From Dehalococcoidia bacterium (lineage in GTDB: Bacteria; Chloroflexota; Dehalococcoidia; Bin125), in NCBI GenBank assembly GCA_963662615.2, contig CAXXSR010000002.1:32001-96000 (forward strand): a stretch of DNA of 64,000 bases, given 5' to 3'. Shown piece by piece: positions 18,654 to 29,186 of the stretch (the first letter of the stretch is position 1; every line of letters begins with the position of its first letter). The translations under genes and the position numbers were made by a program. The notes under the pieces were generated by a model. That model had not been told where the DNA came from, did not search any database, and saw nothing but the letters and a program-made list of their open reading frames with translations.

Positions 18654-20939
18654 CTACTCCTCGGCGAGGATCGTCTTCTCCAGGATCGCACGCGGCGACA
18701 TGGGCAGCTTGTTCATGCGCACACCAATGGCGTTGTTGATGGCGGCGTGGAGCGCCGGCGCCGGCGGGATGATGGGCACCTCGCCAACGCCGCGAACGCC
18801 GTACGGATGGCCCGGATTGGGCACCTCGGCCAGGATCGTCTCGATCATGGGGAGGTCCAGCGCCGTCGGCGTGCGGTAGTCCAGAAGGCTGGAGTTGAGC
18901 AGATGGCCCTCGTCGTCGTAGAAGTACTCCTCGTTGAGCGCCATGCCGATGCCCTGCGCAGCGCCGCCCTGCACCTGTCCCTCCACGTAGGAAGGGTGGA
19001 TGGCGATGCCCGGGTCCTGAACGGCCGTATAGCGCAGGATTTCGACCTTGCCGGTCTCCGGGTCCACTTCCACGTCCACAATGTGTGTGGCGAACGCCGG
19101 TCCGGAGCTGGTCTTGTTGGTGTCCGCCCGGCCGGTGACCCGGCCGCCGGTATCGGGCAACTGGGCGGCGATCTCCTTGAACGTGAAGGAGCGCTCCTTG
19201 CCGTCCTCATCCTTGGGGCCGCGGATCACGCCATCGTCGCCATAGGCCACGTCGGCCCGCTCGCACTCCCAGATCGCCGCGGCCCGCTCTTCCAGCAGGC
19301 GGCGCACGTCCAGCGCCGCCTCATGGGCGGCCCAGCCACCGGCAAAGGCCGTGCGGCTGCCGCCGGTCACAAAGGTGTAGCCCACCGAGTCCGTGTCCAC
19401 GATCTGCGGCTTGACGTCCTGCGCCGTGATCCCCAGCGTCTCGGCCAGCTGCATGGCAATGGCGACTCGCGTTCCGCCGATATCCGGGGAGCCGAGGGAG
19501 AGCGACACCGTGCCATCCGCGTTCACGGCAACAATGGCGCCCGATTCCTGGCCAATGTTGAACCAGAAGCCGGATGCGACGCCGCGGCCGCGGTTTTCAC
19601 CCGTCAGCTCAGACCTATAGTGGGGGCTGTTCTTCGCGGCCTCCAAGACCGCCACGTTGCCAATGATCCCGAACTTGTAGCCGTCCGCCCGTGTCGTGCC
19701 TTCCACGGAGGCGTTCTGCAATCGCAGCTCAATGGGGTCCATGTCCAGCTTCTCAGCCAGCTCATCAATGACGCACTCTGAGGCGTACTCCGCGGCCGGG
19801 GCGCCGGGAGCGCGGTAGGCCGAGACCCGAGGCTTGTTGACGAAGACCTCGTACCCGTCCACGCGCTGGTGGGGGATCTTGTACGGAGCGAACACCGCCA
19901 TGCAGCCGGGCATGATCGGTGCGCCCATGTAAGCGCCCGCCTCGTAGGCGAGGTAGGCCTCCGCCGCCACGATGGTCCCGTCCTTTTTCGCGCCGATCTT
20001 GATGCGGTCGTAGGTGCCGCAGGTCGGGCCGGTCCCCTGCAGCACGTCCGTGCGGCTCATGTACATCTTGACGGGCCGGCCGCTCTTCTTGGACAGCAGC
20101 GCCGCGATCGGCTCCAGGTAGGAGTGGATCTTGCCGCCGAAGCCACCGCCGATCTCCACGGGCGAGACCTTCACCTTAGAGACCGGCAACTGCAGGATCT
20201 TGGCGGTAGTGTCACGCATCCCAAAGTTGCCCTGGGTGCTGGTCCAGATGGTCACTTCGTCGTCTTTGTTCCAGAACGCGCTGCCGTTCTGGAGCTCTAT
20301 GTAGCCTTGGTGGACCATCGTCGTCTCGAACTCGCGTTCGATGATCACGTCCGCCTCGCCGAAACCGGCCTCAACGTCCCCGACTTCGTGGTGGATGTGC
20401 ATATTGACGTTGGAGGGCTTGTCCGCGCCTTGACCCATGCTCTCCGGCGCTTTCACGCCCTCCTGCAGGATCGGCGCGTCGTCCAACATCGCGTCGCGAA
20501 CGTCCAGGACAAGGGGCAGCAGCTCGTACTCCACCTTGATCAGCCGCAGCGCGTCCTCCGCAATATGTTGGTCCGTCGCACAGACGGCCGCCACCGCATG
20601 GCCCTGGTAGAGCACCTTGTCGGACGCCATCAGGTTGTCGCGGTACCAGCGGAACTTGACCACGAACGGCCCAAAGTTCGTGACGCGCTCCTCATCCTCG
20701 TCGGGAGGGAAATCGGCGGCGGTGATTACCGCCTTGACGCCGGGCAGCGCCGCCGCCTTGGACGTGTCGATCCGCTTGATGCGCGCATGCGCATGGGGAC
20801 TGCGGAGCATGCGCCCATAGAGCATCCCCGGCAGGCGGATATCCGCGCCGTACTGCGCGCGTCCGGTCACCTTGTCAACGCCGTCGTGGCGGATCGGGCG
20901 GGTGCCAACAACCTTATACCGCCGCTCTGTGGTCACCAT
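18654..20939 (-). CDS. Xanthine dehydrogenase family molybdopterin-binding (large) subunit
   Basis: DKVTGRAQY, RSPHAHARI, HQGYIE, GGGFGGK, AYRAPG, GGSR, GQVQGG, GVGE. Confidence 0.96.
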   Translation of the reverse strand: MVTTERRYKVVGTRPIRHDGVDKVTGRAQYGADIRLPGMLYGRMLRSPHAHARIKRIDTSKAAALPGVKAVITAADFPPDEDEERVTNFGPFVVKFRWYRDNLMASDKVLYQGHAVAAVCATDQHIAEDALRLIKVEYELLPLVLDVRDAMLDDAPILQEGVKAPESMGQGADKPSNVNMHIHHEVGDVEAGFGEADVIIEREFETTMVHQGYIELQNGSAFWNKDDEVTIWTSTQGNFGMRDTTAKILQLPVSKVKVSPVEIGGGFGGKIHSYLEPIAALLSKKSGRPVKMYMSRTDVLQGTGPTCGTYDRIKIGAKKDGTIVAAEAYLAYEAGAYMGAPIMPGCMAVFAPYKIPHQRVDGYEVFVNKPRVSAYRAPGAPAAEYASECVIDELAEKLDMDPIELRLQNASVEGTTRADGYKFGIIGNVAVLEAAKNSPHYRSELTGENRGRGVASGFWFNIGQESGAIVAVNADGTVSLSLGSPDIGGTRVAIAMQLAETLGITAQDVKPQIVDTDSVGYTFVTGGSRTAFAGGWAAHEAALDVRRLLEERAAAIWECERADVAYGDDGVIRGPKDEDGKERSFTFKEIAAQLPDTGGRVTGRADTNKTSSGPAFATHIVDVEVDPETGKVEILRYTAVQDPGIAIHPSYVEGQVQGGAAQGIGMALNEEYFYDDEGHLLNSSLLDYRTPTALDLPMIETILAEVPNPGHPYGVRGVGEVPIIPPAPALHAAINNAIGVRMNKLPMSPRAILEKTILAEE

Positions 20940-20983
20940 GGCTTACCCCTTCCGGGCCGAACGTTCACGGCGTCCTGCTGCGA

Positions 20984-21460
20984 TCACGAGCCATTCTCGG
21001 CGGCGGTCCGCAGGACCGCGCGGACAATCTTGTCGTACCCGGTACAGCGGCAGAGGTTCCCGGCCAGCCAGTAGCGAATCTCCTGCTCGCTCGGCGTGGC
21101 GTTCTGATCCAGCAACGCCTTCGCGGCAATCAGAAAGCCGGGTGTGCAGATGCCGCACTGGAGCGCCGCCTCCTCCAAGAACGTCTGCTGCAGAGGGATC
21201 AGTTCCTCTTGTCGGGCCAGCCCCTCCACGGTGGTGATCTCCGACTCGTTGACCTCCGCTGCCATGACCAGGCAGGAGTTGACCAAACGGCCATCCAGGA
21301 TGACGGAGCAGGCGCCGCAGTTGCCGTCGTTGCAGCCTTCCTTCGTGCCGGTGAGGCCCACCCGCTCGCGCAGCGCTTCCAAGAGGCTGTCGCGCTCGTC
21401 GGCGAGGAATTCCATCTCCTCGCCGTTGATGGTGGCGCGTACAACAATCCGAGTGGTCAC
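20984..21460 (-). CDS. Xanthine dehydrogenase family [2Fe-2S] (small) subunit
   Basis: GTKEGCNDGNCGAC, QCGICTPG, GNLCRCTGY. Confidence 0.97.
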   Translation of the reverse strand: MTTRIVVRATINGEEMEFLADERDSLLEALRERVGLTGTKEGCNDGNCGACSVILDGRLVNSCLVMAAEVNESEITTVEGLARQEELIPLQQTFLEEAALQCGICTPGFLIAAKALLDQNATPSEQEIRYWLAGNLCRCTGYDKIVRAVLRTAAENGS

Positions 21461-21464
21461 GGTG

Positions 21465-22334
21465 CTACCCCCCTCGAGCGCGGTCGGCGGCGGCGCGCAG
21501 CGTGCGCTCGGTCAAGACGGCCGCCAGGTGCTTGCGCTGCTTGATCGTGCCCCGCATGTCGTCAATGGGCCGCGCCGCGGCCCTCGCGGCGGCCGCGGCT
21601 GCGGCGATGCTCGCGTCGGTCAGCGGCTTGCCCACCAGCGCGTCGGCCGCTTTCTGAACGAGCAGCGGTGTGGGCGCTGTCGCCCCAATGGAAACTCGCG
21701 CCCAGGTGACGACATCGCCGTCGAGGCGTACCTGCGAGGCGGCATTGACGACGGCGATGTCCATCTCATTGCGGGGAATGAAGCGCAGGAAATGCGCCCC
21801 GCTGTTGGGCGCCGGCGGCGGGAAGTGGAGTGAGACCAGGAACTCGCCGGGCGCCATGACGTTCTTCCCGGGCCCCGTGCAGAAGTCCGCTACGGCCACC
21901 TCCCGAGTGCCGTCGGGCCCGGCGATCATGGCCGTCGCCTCCAGCACGATCATCGGCGGGATCGTGTCGCCGGAGGGAGAGGAGTTACAGAGGTTGCCGC
22001 CCAGACTGGCCCGACCCTGAATGCCCGTGCCGCCAATGAGCGAGGAGCAATCCACGAGGCAGGGGTAATGCTCCGCCACTGCCGGGTGGCCATAGATCTG
22101 GTAGCACGGCGTCGCCGCGCCCACCGTCAGGCCGGTGTCCGGGTCGAAATCGACTCGCAGGACCTCCGGGATCCCCTTGATGTCCACGAAGAGGTCCACA
22201 TCCATTCGCCGCTCTCGGGCCAGGACAATGAGGTCGGTGCCGCCGGCGAGGATGCGGGCCTTGGACCCGTTCTCGCGCAGCAGATCCAGCGCCTCTTGGA
22301 TGGTGGTCGTCCGTGCGTAGCTGACTGCCTGCAA
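21465..22334 (-). CDS. Xanthine dehydrogenase family FAD-binding (medium) subunit
   Basis: LAGGTDL, ASLGGNLCNSSPSGD, PIDDMRG; TTG start after GAGGAAGG. Confidence 0.95.
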   Translation of the reverse strand: MQAVSYARTTTIQEALDLLRENGSKARILAGGTDLIVLARERRMDVDLFVDIKGIPEVLRVDFDPDTGLTVGAATPCYQIYGHPAVAEHYPCLVDCSSLIGGTGIQGRASLGGNLCNSSPSGDTIPPMIVLEATAMIAGPDGTREVAVADFCTGPGKNVMAPGEFLVSLHFPPPAPNSGAHFLRFIPRNEMDIAVVNAASQVRLDGDVVTWARVSIGATAPTPLLVQKAADALVGKPLTDASIAAAAAAARAAARPIDDMRGTIKQRKHLAAVLTERTLRAAADRARGG

Positions 22335-22439
22335 GTCGTCCGCCTTCCTCGCCCGTTGAGCCTCAAGGGAGCATAACGCATTCCCGTTTGCCAGTGTAGC
22401 GAGCCGTATCCGGAGGACCAGGACACCGTGCGGCGTGGG

Positions 22440-23858
22440 CTAGCGGGCGGCGTCAGACCCCACGTCGTCCGGGGCGCCCGCCGCGCCGGGCCTGCAGGCG
22501 ATGCGTAAGACGAAATAGCCCAGGACCGCCGCCACCAGCGAGGCCGCAAAGATGCCCATCTTGGCGTTTTCCGCGAGCGGCGCGCCCGCGACCGTCTCGT
22601 CGAACGAGAGGGTGGCAATGAAGATTGCCACGGTGAAGCCGATCCCGGCCAGGAGCGCGACGCCAGCGATCTGTGACCAGCGGACCCCCGACGGCAGCAT
22701 GGCGACGCCGAGGCGGACAGCGAGGTAGGTGAAGCTGGAGACGCCGACGACCTTCCCGAGCAGCAGGCCGGCGGCGATTCCTATCGCGACATCCGATCCC
22801 GCAGCGTCGGGGATCCTCCCGCCCCCCAGGTCGATTCCGGCGTTCGCCAGGGCGAAAATGGGGACAATGAGGAAAGCGCTCCAGGGCTCAACCACCCGCT
22901 CCAGCCGCTCCAGTGGGCTCTGCGACTCGCGGCTGAACTCCTCTATGAGACGGAGCGCTTCGCCCGCCTCCTCCTCCCGCACTAGACCAGGCTCCATCTG
23001 CTGCGCTGCGTCCAATTCCTCTAGATGGACGTGCAGTGTGGGGTCCAGGCGCGCCCGGTTGTAGAGCGGCGCCGCCGGCGTGAGGAGTCCCAGAACGACC
23101 CCTGCGATCGTCGCCGCCACTCCGGATTCGAACACACAGAGCCAGAGCCCGAGCCCAGCGATGAGGTAGACGGGGATCGGCCGGACGCCGGCGAGGTTCA
23201 TTGCCACGATGAGCCCCACCATCCCCAGGGCGGCTCCCAACCAGCCCACGGAGATGTCGTTGGTGTAGAAGAACGCAATGATGGCAATCCCGCCCACGTC
23301 GTCGGCCACGGCCAGCGTAAGCAGGAACACCTTGAGCGGCGGCGGAACTCGGGGCCCGACCAGAGCCAGCACGCCCAACGCGAAGGCGATGTCGGTGGCC
23401 ACGGGAATGCCCCAGCCGTCCGCGCCCTCACCGCCGGCGTTGAAGGCGGTGTAGATCAGCGCCGGCACGATCATGCCGCCCAGCGCGGCCATCACCGGCA
23501 GCGCTGCCTGCCGGCGGTCCGCAAGCTCTCCCAACACCAGCTCACGCTTGATCTCCATGGCCACGACGAAGAAGAAGACGACCATGAGGCCGTCATTAAC
23601 CCATCCCTCCAGCGACTCCCGGAGGGTGAGAATGTCGAAGTCCAGGACGATCTCCGTGCCCCAGAGCTCTTCGTAGGCGCTGGAGGCCACGTTGGCCCAG
23701 ATCAGCGCGGCCAGCGCCGCAATCACGATGACGATGCCGCCGGCCGCCTCGATCTGGATGAAGCGCGCGGTCGGGCGGACCACGTAGCGCGGAATGGGTC
23801 CGGGGCCTTCCCGCCAGCGGGGCCGGAACCGATCGATCATGCGCGGTCCCTCGGACAA
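22440..23858 (-). CDS. nhaA: Na+/H+ antiporter NhaA
   Basis: WVNDGLM..FF, EIKRE, GWGIPVATDIAFA, LAVADD, PIFALANAG, GIGFTV. Confidence 0.97.
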   Translation of the reverse strand: MSEGPRMIDRFRPRWREGPGPIPRYVVRPTARFIQIEAAGGIVIVIAALAALIWANVASSAYEELWGTEIVLDFDILTLRESLEGWVNDGLMVVFFFVVAMEIKRELVLGELADRRQAALPVMAALGGMIVPALIYTAFNAGGEGADGWGIPVATDIAFALGVLALVGPRVPPPLKVFLLTLAVADDVGGIAIIAFFYTNDISVGWLGAALGMVGLIVAMNLAGVRPIPVYLIAGLGLWLCVFESGVAATIAGVVLGLLTPAAPLYNRARLDPTLHVHLEELDAAQQMEPGLVREEEAGEALRLIEEFSRESQSPLERLERVVEPWSAFLIVPIFALANAGIDLGGGRIPDAAGSDVAIGIAAGLLLGKVVGVSSFTYLAVRLGVAMLPSGVRWSQIAGVALLAGIGFTVAIFIATLSFDETVAGAPLAENAKMGIFAASLVAAVLGYFVLRIACRPGAAGAPDDVGSDAAR

Positions 23859-24183
23859 GATGCCTCCCCTAATGACAAAACGCGTCCAGCTCGGTTACGG
23901 CACGTGCGGAAGGGGTCAACGGACCGCGGCGCGCCGCAATGTAGCGTAGAGGGCGCTCTGACTGGCGTCATCCAAGCGGGATGGCGTGCAGTCGCAGCAC
24001 GAGCGCCTTGGGGGGTTCCCGGTCGTCGCCCGTCCAGACCGAATAGGCGATGTGGATCGAGGCGGTCTCTTCGTACGCTGAGATGGCAGAATCGCTGGGC
24101 GACAGCGGCAGCCGCAAGCCGCAACAGGGACAGCCACCGCTGACCGGCCCAACCCGCTCACCGCTGATGCTGAACTGGCCGAC

Positions 24184-26403
24184 ATGACCGAGACCGCGAT
24201 CGCCACCCTGCTGGTCGAAGACAACCGCCTGGACGCCAGGCGGATTCAGCAGCACCTGGATGCGTCAGAAGGTCCCCAATTTGACGTCTCCCATGTCATG
24301 GAACTCAAGGACGCCATTGAACTGCTCCGCAGCCGCTCTTTCCAAGTCATCCTGCTGGACCTGGTTCTGCCCGACAGCAGCGACCTGCGCACGGTGCGGC
24401 GCATGCTCGCGCACTGCGGCGAGACGCCGGTGGTGGTGCTGACGAACCTGAACGACGCCAGCGTCGCGAAGGCCGCGGTGCGCGAGGGGGCCCAGGACTA
24501 TCTGCCCAAGGCGAAGCTCTCCGCGGATGAGTTGATCCGCTGCATCCAATACGCCATGGAGCGGCAGGAGCTGGTCCGCAACCTCCACACCTCGGAGCGG
24601 CGCTGGCGGCGCGCCATGACGCTGACTCGAGACGCGATTTGGCAGATCGACGGCGACGGCAAAGTCATCTTTGCCAATGAGGCGATGTGCGATCTGCTGC
24701 GGCGGGAAGCGCATGAAGTGCTGGGGCAGCCGCTGGTGGACTTCATCGCCGGCGAGGATCGGGCAGCGCTTGACGAGGTGCAGGCAGAGCTCCGAGAGAC
24801 AGGCTCCAGCCGCTTCCAGATCCGCATCATTCGGGGGGACGGCGCAACCCTGCCCATCTCCACCACCGCCACTGATCTCGGCGACGGCACCTACAGCGGC
24901 ATCTGTCGCAACATCTCCCAGTGGCTGGAGACGCAGGCGGCGTTGCGGGCCAGCGAGCGGCGCTACATGAGCATCCTGGAGTCCACATCCGACGCCATTG
25001 TCACCGTCAACGCCCAGCAGCAGATTGTGCTATTCAACCGAGCGGCGGAAGAGATGCTCCGTGTGCCGGCAAGCCAGGCGCTGGGACAGCGGCTGGACAT
25101 GTTCATCCCCCTCGATCTGCCAGCGGGCGACGGAGGCGCCGTCGCGGACGTCAAGGCCGGCGCCTCCGCTCCACGCGCGCTGCCGCAGCGCCGCACCGTG
25201 ACCGCGCGACGCGCGGACGACACAACGTTCCCCGCGGAGGCCACGGTCTCTCCCGTCAGCGGGGGCGATCAGCCGCTCTTTACCGCGATCGTCCGCGACA
25301 TCTCCGAGCAGGAGAAAGCCCAGCGCGCCCTGCGGGCGACGACGGCGCGGTTCCAGGCGATGATCGCGAACGCTTCCGACCTTGTGGCGGAACTCGATCT
25401 GGGCGGACGCTTCACATTCGTGAGTCCCAACCACCAAGCCATCCTCGGCTACGAACCGACTTCGTTGATCGGCCGCGCCGTCCAGGACTTGGTCCACCCC
25501 GCCGACCAAGAGGAGCTGGCGAGTTGCCTGGAAGCGCTCCAGGGCGGGGCGAGCGGGTTCGGCGCCACCCTGCGACTGCGCCACGAGTCCGGGGACTGGC
25601 GCTGGTTCGAAGGCAGCGGGGTGACGCTGGCCACGGAAACGGGCGAGACCCGCATCGTGACGGTCAGTCGCGACATGACCGCCCGGATCGAGGCGATGGA
25701 ACGGCTGCGCGAGTCCGAGACTCGCAACCGCCTTTTGCTGGACGCGGCCCCGGACGCGATCTGGATCCTCACGCAGCGACACCGCTACGAGTACGTGAAT
25801 GAGGCGGCCTGCCGGCTGTTTCAGCGAGCCCGCGAAGATTTGCTGGGCCAGCCGATCGCCGAGTGCCTGGATCCCACCGGCTTGGAGCCGCTGCGCCAAG
25901 GCCTGCAGCAGCTTCGCGAGGCGGGTACCGCCACGTTCCTGACGCATGTCCGACACCGAGACGGCTCCACCGTGGCTGTGGAGATTCACGCGGCGAGCCT
26001 TGGCAATCAGACGTACCAGTGCGTGGCCCGTGACGTCAGCGAATGGCTCAACGAGGAGCGGGCGCGGGAAGCCTCCGAGGGGCGCTACCGCCGCGCCATG
26101 GAGCAGGCGACGGAGGCCATTTGCATCCTTGATCAGGACGGCCGCATCACGTTCGCCAACTCCACGGCATCGCAGCTGCTGGAACGGGAGCGCCAGGAGT
26201 TGGAAGGGCGCTCCATCTTCGATCTTGTCCCCAAGGAGGAGCACGGCCGGCTGCGGGAATCGTTGGCGCGGATCGAATCCCACGGCGAATCGCTGTTCGC
26301 CGCCCCGTTCCACGGCGACGGCGGCATCACCGTGCTGGAGGTGGAGAGCGTGCGCCTCCCAGACGGCGGCTGCCAGGCGTTCCTGCGCGCGGCCAGCGAA
26401 TAG
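24184..26403 (+). CDS. Receiver domain + five PAS domains, no output domain
   Basis: LLVEDN/LLDLVLPD/VLT/LPK receiver; five PAS units, four ending R(D/N)(I/M/V)(S/T); stop right after PAS5. Confidence 0.9.
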   Translation: MTETAIATLLVEDNRLDARRIQQHLDASEGPQFDVSHVMELKDAIELLRSRSFQVILLDLVLPDSSDLRTVRRMLAHCGETPVVVLTNLNDASVAKAAVREGAQDYLPKAKLSADELIRCIQYAMERQELVRNLHTSERRWRRAMTLTRDAIWQIDGDGKVIFANEAMCDLLRREAHEVLGQPLVDFIAGEDRAALDEVQAELRETGSSRFQIRIIRGDGATLPISTTATDLGDGTYSGICRNISQWLETQAALRASERRYMSILESTSDAIVTVNAQQQIVLFNRAAEEMLRVPASQALGQRLDMFIPLDLPAGDGGAVADVKAGASAPRALPQRRTVTARRADDTTFPAEATVSPVSGGDQPLFTAIVRDISEQEKAQRALRATTARFQAMIANASDLVAELDLGGRFTFVSPNHQAILGYEPTSLIGRAVQDLVHPADQEELASCLEALQGGASGFGATLRLRHESGDWRWFEGSGVTLATETGETRIVTVSRDMTARIEAMERLRESETRNRLLLDAAPDAIWILTQRHRYEYVNEAACRLFQRAREDLLGQPIAECLDPTGLEPLRQGLQQLREAGTATFLTHVRHRDGSTVAVEIHAASLGNQTYQCVARDVSEWLNEERAREASEGRYRRAMEQATEAICILDQDGRITFANSTASQLLERERQELEGRSIFDLVPKEEHGRLRESLARIESHGESLFAAPFHGDGGITVLEVESVRLPDGGCQAFLRAASE

Positions 26404-26414
26404 GGGCCGGACCC

Positions 26415-26819
26415 ATGTTCACACTTGCCTGCGACGTCTGCGAAGTGGCCATCAAGGAGACCGGTTACGTCTGTGACATGGTGGAAGCGAAGCTGGTTTA
26501 CGGGGAAGATACCGTCCCCCGCGTGACGGAGCGCGGCCAGATCCTCTTCCTCTACCTCTGCGGACGCTGCGCCGCTCAAGTGCAGCGCAAGATCCACACG
26601 CTGCGCGCGCGGGCGGCGGGGGCCCAGCTGACTGCGGTCGCGCCCGGCTCAGCCGCCGCCGCCCGCCCCGCGTATCGCTGCCCGGGCGTTGCGGTCAGTT
26701 GGAGTCGGCGGCGGCCGGTTCCTACCCCTTGCGCAAGCGCTTCGCCGCTTCAACCATGCCGGTCACGCTGGCCTGCACTTCCTCCCACCCGCGCGTCTTC
26801 AGGCCGCAGTCCGGGTTGA
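26415..26819 (+). CDS. Small CxxC...CxxC Zn-ribbon-like hypothetical protein
   Basis: CDVC and CGRC in the first 52 aa; 11 bp after the PAS gene; low-complexity 3' end overlaps the metE end. Confidence 0.65.
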   Translation: MFTLACDVCEVAIKETGYVCDMVEAKLVYGEDTVPRVTERGQILFLYLCGRCAAQVQRKIHTLRARAAGAQLTAVAPGSAAAARPAYRCPGVAVSWSRRRPVPTPCASASPLQPCRSRWPALPPTRASSGRSPG

Positions 26820-29007
26820 CCCAGAGTTGCTCGGGGGAGAGGACCGTGAGCGCCTTGCGCAGCAACCTCTCCATCTCATCGACGGACGGCACCTGCGGCG
26901 AGTGGATGTCATACACACCGAGGCCAATCTCATTCGGGTAACGGAACCGGGCGAACGCATCCAGCAACTCCATCTGCGATCGTGACGCCTCAATGGAGAT
27001 GACGTCCGCATCCAGCCGCGCGATCGCGTCAATGATGTCGTTGAACTCGCCGTAGCACATGTGCGTGTGGATCTGCGTCTCGTCACGCACGCCGGCGGCG
27101 GCCAGGCGAAAGGCGTCCACGGCCCAGGCCAAATAGGCGTCCCATTCGTCGCGCCGCAGCGGCAGCCCTTCTCGCAGCGCCGGCTCGTCGATCTGCATGA
27201 TGGCGAACCCCGCCGCTTCCAGCTCCTGCACCTCATCCCGGAGCGCCAACGCGATCTGTCGCGCCGTCTCCGAGCGCGGCTGATCGTCCCGCACAAAGGA
27301 CCATTGCAGGATCGTGACCGGGCCCGTCAACATCCCCTTCACCGGCCGCGACGTCAGCGACTGCGCGTAGCGCGACCAGCGGACCGTCAGGGGCTCCGGC
27401 CGAGAGACGTCGCCAAAGATGATGGGCGGCCGGGCGCAGCGCGAGCCGTAGCTCTGCACCCAACCCGCGGTGGTCACGGCGACGCCGTTCAGCCGCTCGC
27501 CGAAGTACTCCACCATGTCCGTGCGCTCGCACTCACCGTGGACCACCACGTCCAGACCGATCTCCTCCTGAAAGCGGATCGTCCGCTCAATCTCAGCCTC
27601 TAGGAAACGGTCGTACTGGCTCGCCTCAAGGCGGCCGGAGCGAAACTGCGCGCGGGCGCGCCGCACTTCCGGCGTCTGGGGGAATGAGCCAATGGTGGTG
27701 GTGGGGAAGCTTGGCAAGGGCAGGCGCGCGCGCTGCTGCGGCCGACGCTGCGGATAGGCGCTGGTGCGGAACAACATCTCGGCGGTCACGGCTTCCGCGC
27801 GCTCGCGCACCGCGGGTGACCGCGTCCGCTCGGAGCGACGGCGGCTATCGTGCGCCTCACGCCGCTCGCGCAGGGCGGCCGCCACGCTGCCCCGTCCCTC
27901 GTTGGCGGCGCGCGCCAAAAGCGCCAGCTCTTCCAGTTTCTGATTCGCGAAGCTGAGCCAAGAGCGCAATTCCGGGTCCAGCCCCGACTCTCCGGCCAGG
28001 TCCACCGGCACGTGCAGCAACGAGCATGACGGCGCCACCAGGACCCGCTCCGACCCCAGCGTCGCCACGGCGCGCTCCAGCAGCGTCAGCGTCCGATCCA
28101 AATCCGTGCGCCAGACGTTGCGGCCGTCCACCAGGCCCAAGGAAAGCGCGAACGACGCCGGCAGCGACGCCAGCGCCCGCTCCAGGAGCTGCGGGGCACG
28201 CACCAGGTCCAGGTGAACGCCGGCGAGCGGGAGCGCCAGCACGGCGTCCAGGTTCTCACGGAGATCGCCGAAGTAGGTGGTCAGGAGGAGGCGGAGCCGA
28301 GGGCTCACGGCGCTGAGCTTCGTGTAGGCGGCGGTCAACGCGTCTCGAGCCGCCGCCGGCACGTCCAGTACCAGAGCGGGCTCGTCCATCTGCACCCAGT
28401 CGGCCCCGGCGTCGGCGAGCTGCCCCAGCACCTCCTCGTAGACGGGTAGGAGAGCGTCGAGCAGGATCAGCGGCTCCCTCCCGTCAGCGGGAGCGTCGTG
28501 CCGCCACTTTCCCAACAGCAGATAGGAGACGGGCCCCAGAAGCTTGGGCCGCGTGTGAATCCCTACATCTTGCGCTTCTTGGTACTCGTCAACCGGCTTC
28601 GTGGATGCCAGCCGAAAGCGCTGCCCCGGTTCAAATTCGGGCACCATGTAGTGGTAGTTCGTGTCGAACCACTTCGTCATTTCCAGAGCGGGCACGGCCG
28701 CGGCTCCGCGGGCCATGGCGAAATACGTGGCCACATCCACCTGCGCCCCGTCCCAGCCAAAGCGGTCCGGGATCGCGCCCACCATGGCCGTCGTGTCCAG
28801 GACGTGGTCGTAGAGCGAGAAGTCGTTCGAGGGGATGTGCTGGAGGCCGCACTCCTGCTGCAGCCGCCAGTGGCTCACCCGTAGCTCGCGGCCGGCCGCT
28901 TCCAACTCGAGCGCCGTGCTCGTTCCCGCCCAGAAGCTCTCCAGCGCCCTCTTCAGTTCGCGCTTGGGCCCAATGCGGGGATAGCCCAGATTCGTGGCCA
29001 GGACCAT
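26722..29007 (-). CDS. metE: Cobalamin-independent methionine synthase
   Basis: NLGYPRIG, MTKWFDTNYHY, TTTIGSFPQT, WVQSYGSRC, HTHMCY, WVNPDCGLKTR; GGAGGAG RBS. Confidence 0.98.
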   Translation of the reverse strand: MVLATNLGYPRIGPKRELKRALESFWAGTSTALELEAAGRELRVSHWRLQQECGLQHIPSNDFSLYDHVLDTTAMVGAIPDRFGWDGAQVDVATYFAMARGAAAVPALEMTKWFDTNYHYMVPEFEPGQRFRLASTKPVDEYQEAQDVGIHTRPKLLGPVSYLLLGKWRHDAPADGREPLILLDALLPVYEEVLGQLADAGADWVQMDEPALVLDVPAAARDALTAAYTKLSAVSPRLRLLLTTYFGDLRENLDAVLALPLAGVHLDLVRAPQLLERALASLPASFALSLGLVDGRNVWRTDLDRTLTLLERAVATLGSERVLVAPSCSLLHVPVDLAGESGLDPELRSWLSFANQKLEELALLARAANEGRGSVAAALRERREAHDSRRRSERTRSPAVRERAEAVTAEMLFRTSAYPQRRPQQRARLPLPSFPTTTIGSFPQTPEVRRARAQFRSGRLEASQYDRFLEAEIERTIRFQEEIGLDVVVHGECERTDMVEYFGERLNGVAVTTAGWVQSYGSRCARPPIIFGDVSRPEPLTVRWSRYAQSLTSRPVKGMLTGPVTILQWSFVRDDQPRSETARQIALALRDEVQELEAAGFAIMQIDEPALREGLPLRRDEWDAYLAWAVDAFRLAAAGVRDETQIHTHMCYGEFNDIIDAIARLDADVISIEASRSQMELLDAFARFRYPNEIGLGVYDIHSPQVPSVDEMERLLRKALTVLSPEQLWVNPDCGLKTRGWEEVQASVTGMVEAAKRLRKG

Positions 29008-29186
29008 GCCTGCTCCTCCGCTCTCCCGGCGACCCCAACTCCGCGACCATGACAGGGGCAGCGGCACTCGGGGCCCAGTGTAAAGGGCCGTCCCTGCCGA
29101 CGGCGTCCGCTAGCTGACAATCGTCCCCCGACCGGGGCGGCGCCCTCCCCGTGGCAACCGCCGCGGCGACGCGCCGCGCATACGAA

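Noticed and set aside
18654-20939. Aerobic CO dehydrogenase (coxL form I)
   Set aside because: Lacks the AYxCSFR motif and cox accessory genes.
23859-24183. nhaA-I/II riboswitch upstream of nhaA
   Set aside because: No consensus match recognisable by eye.
29008-29186. Cobalamin or SAM riboswitch upstream of metE
   Set aside because: No B12-box or GGGAA/ACTG core seen; GGCAGGGACGGCCC only loosely resembles SAM-I P2 and the other conserved elements are missing. An Infernal/Rfam scan would settle it.
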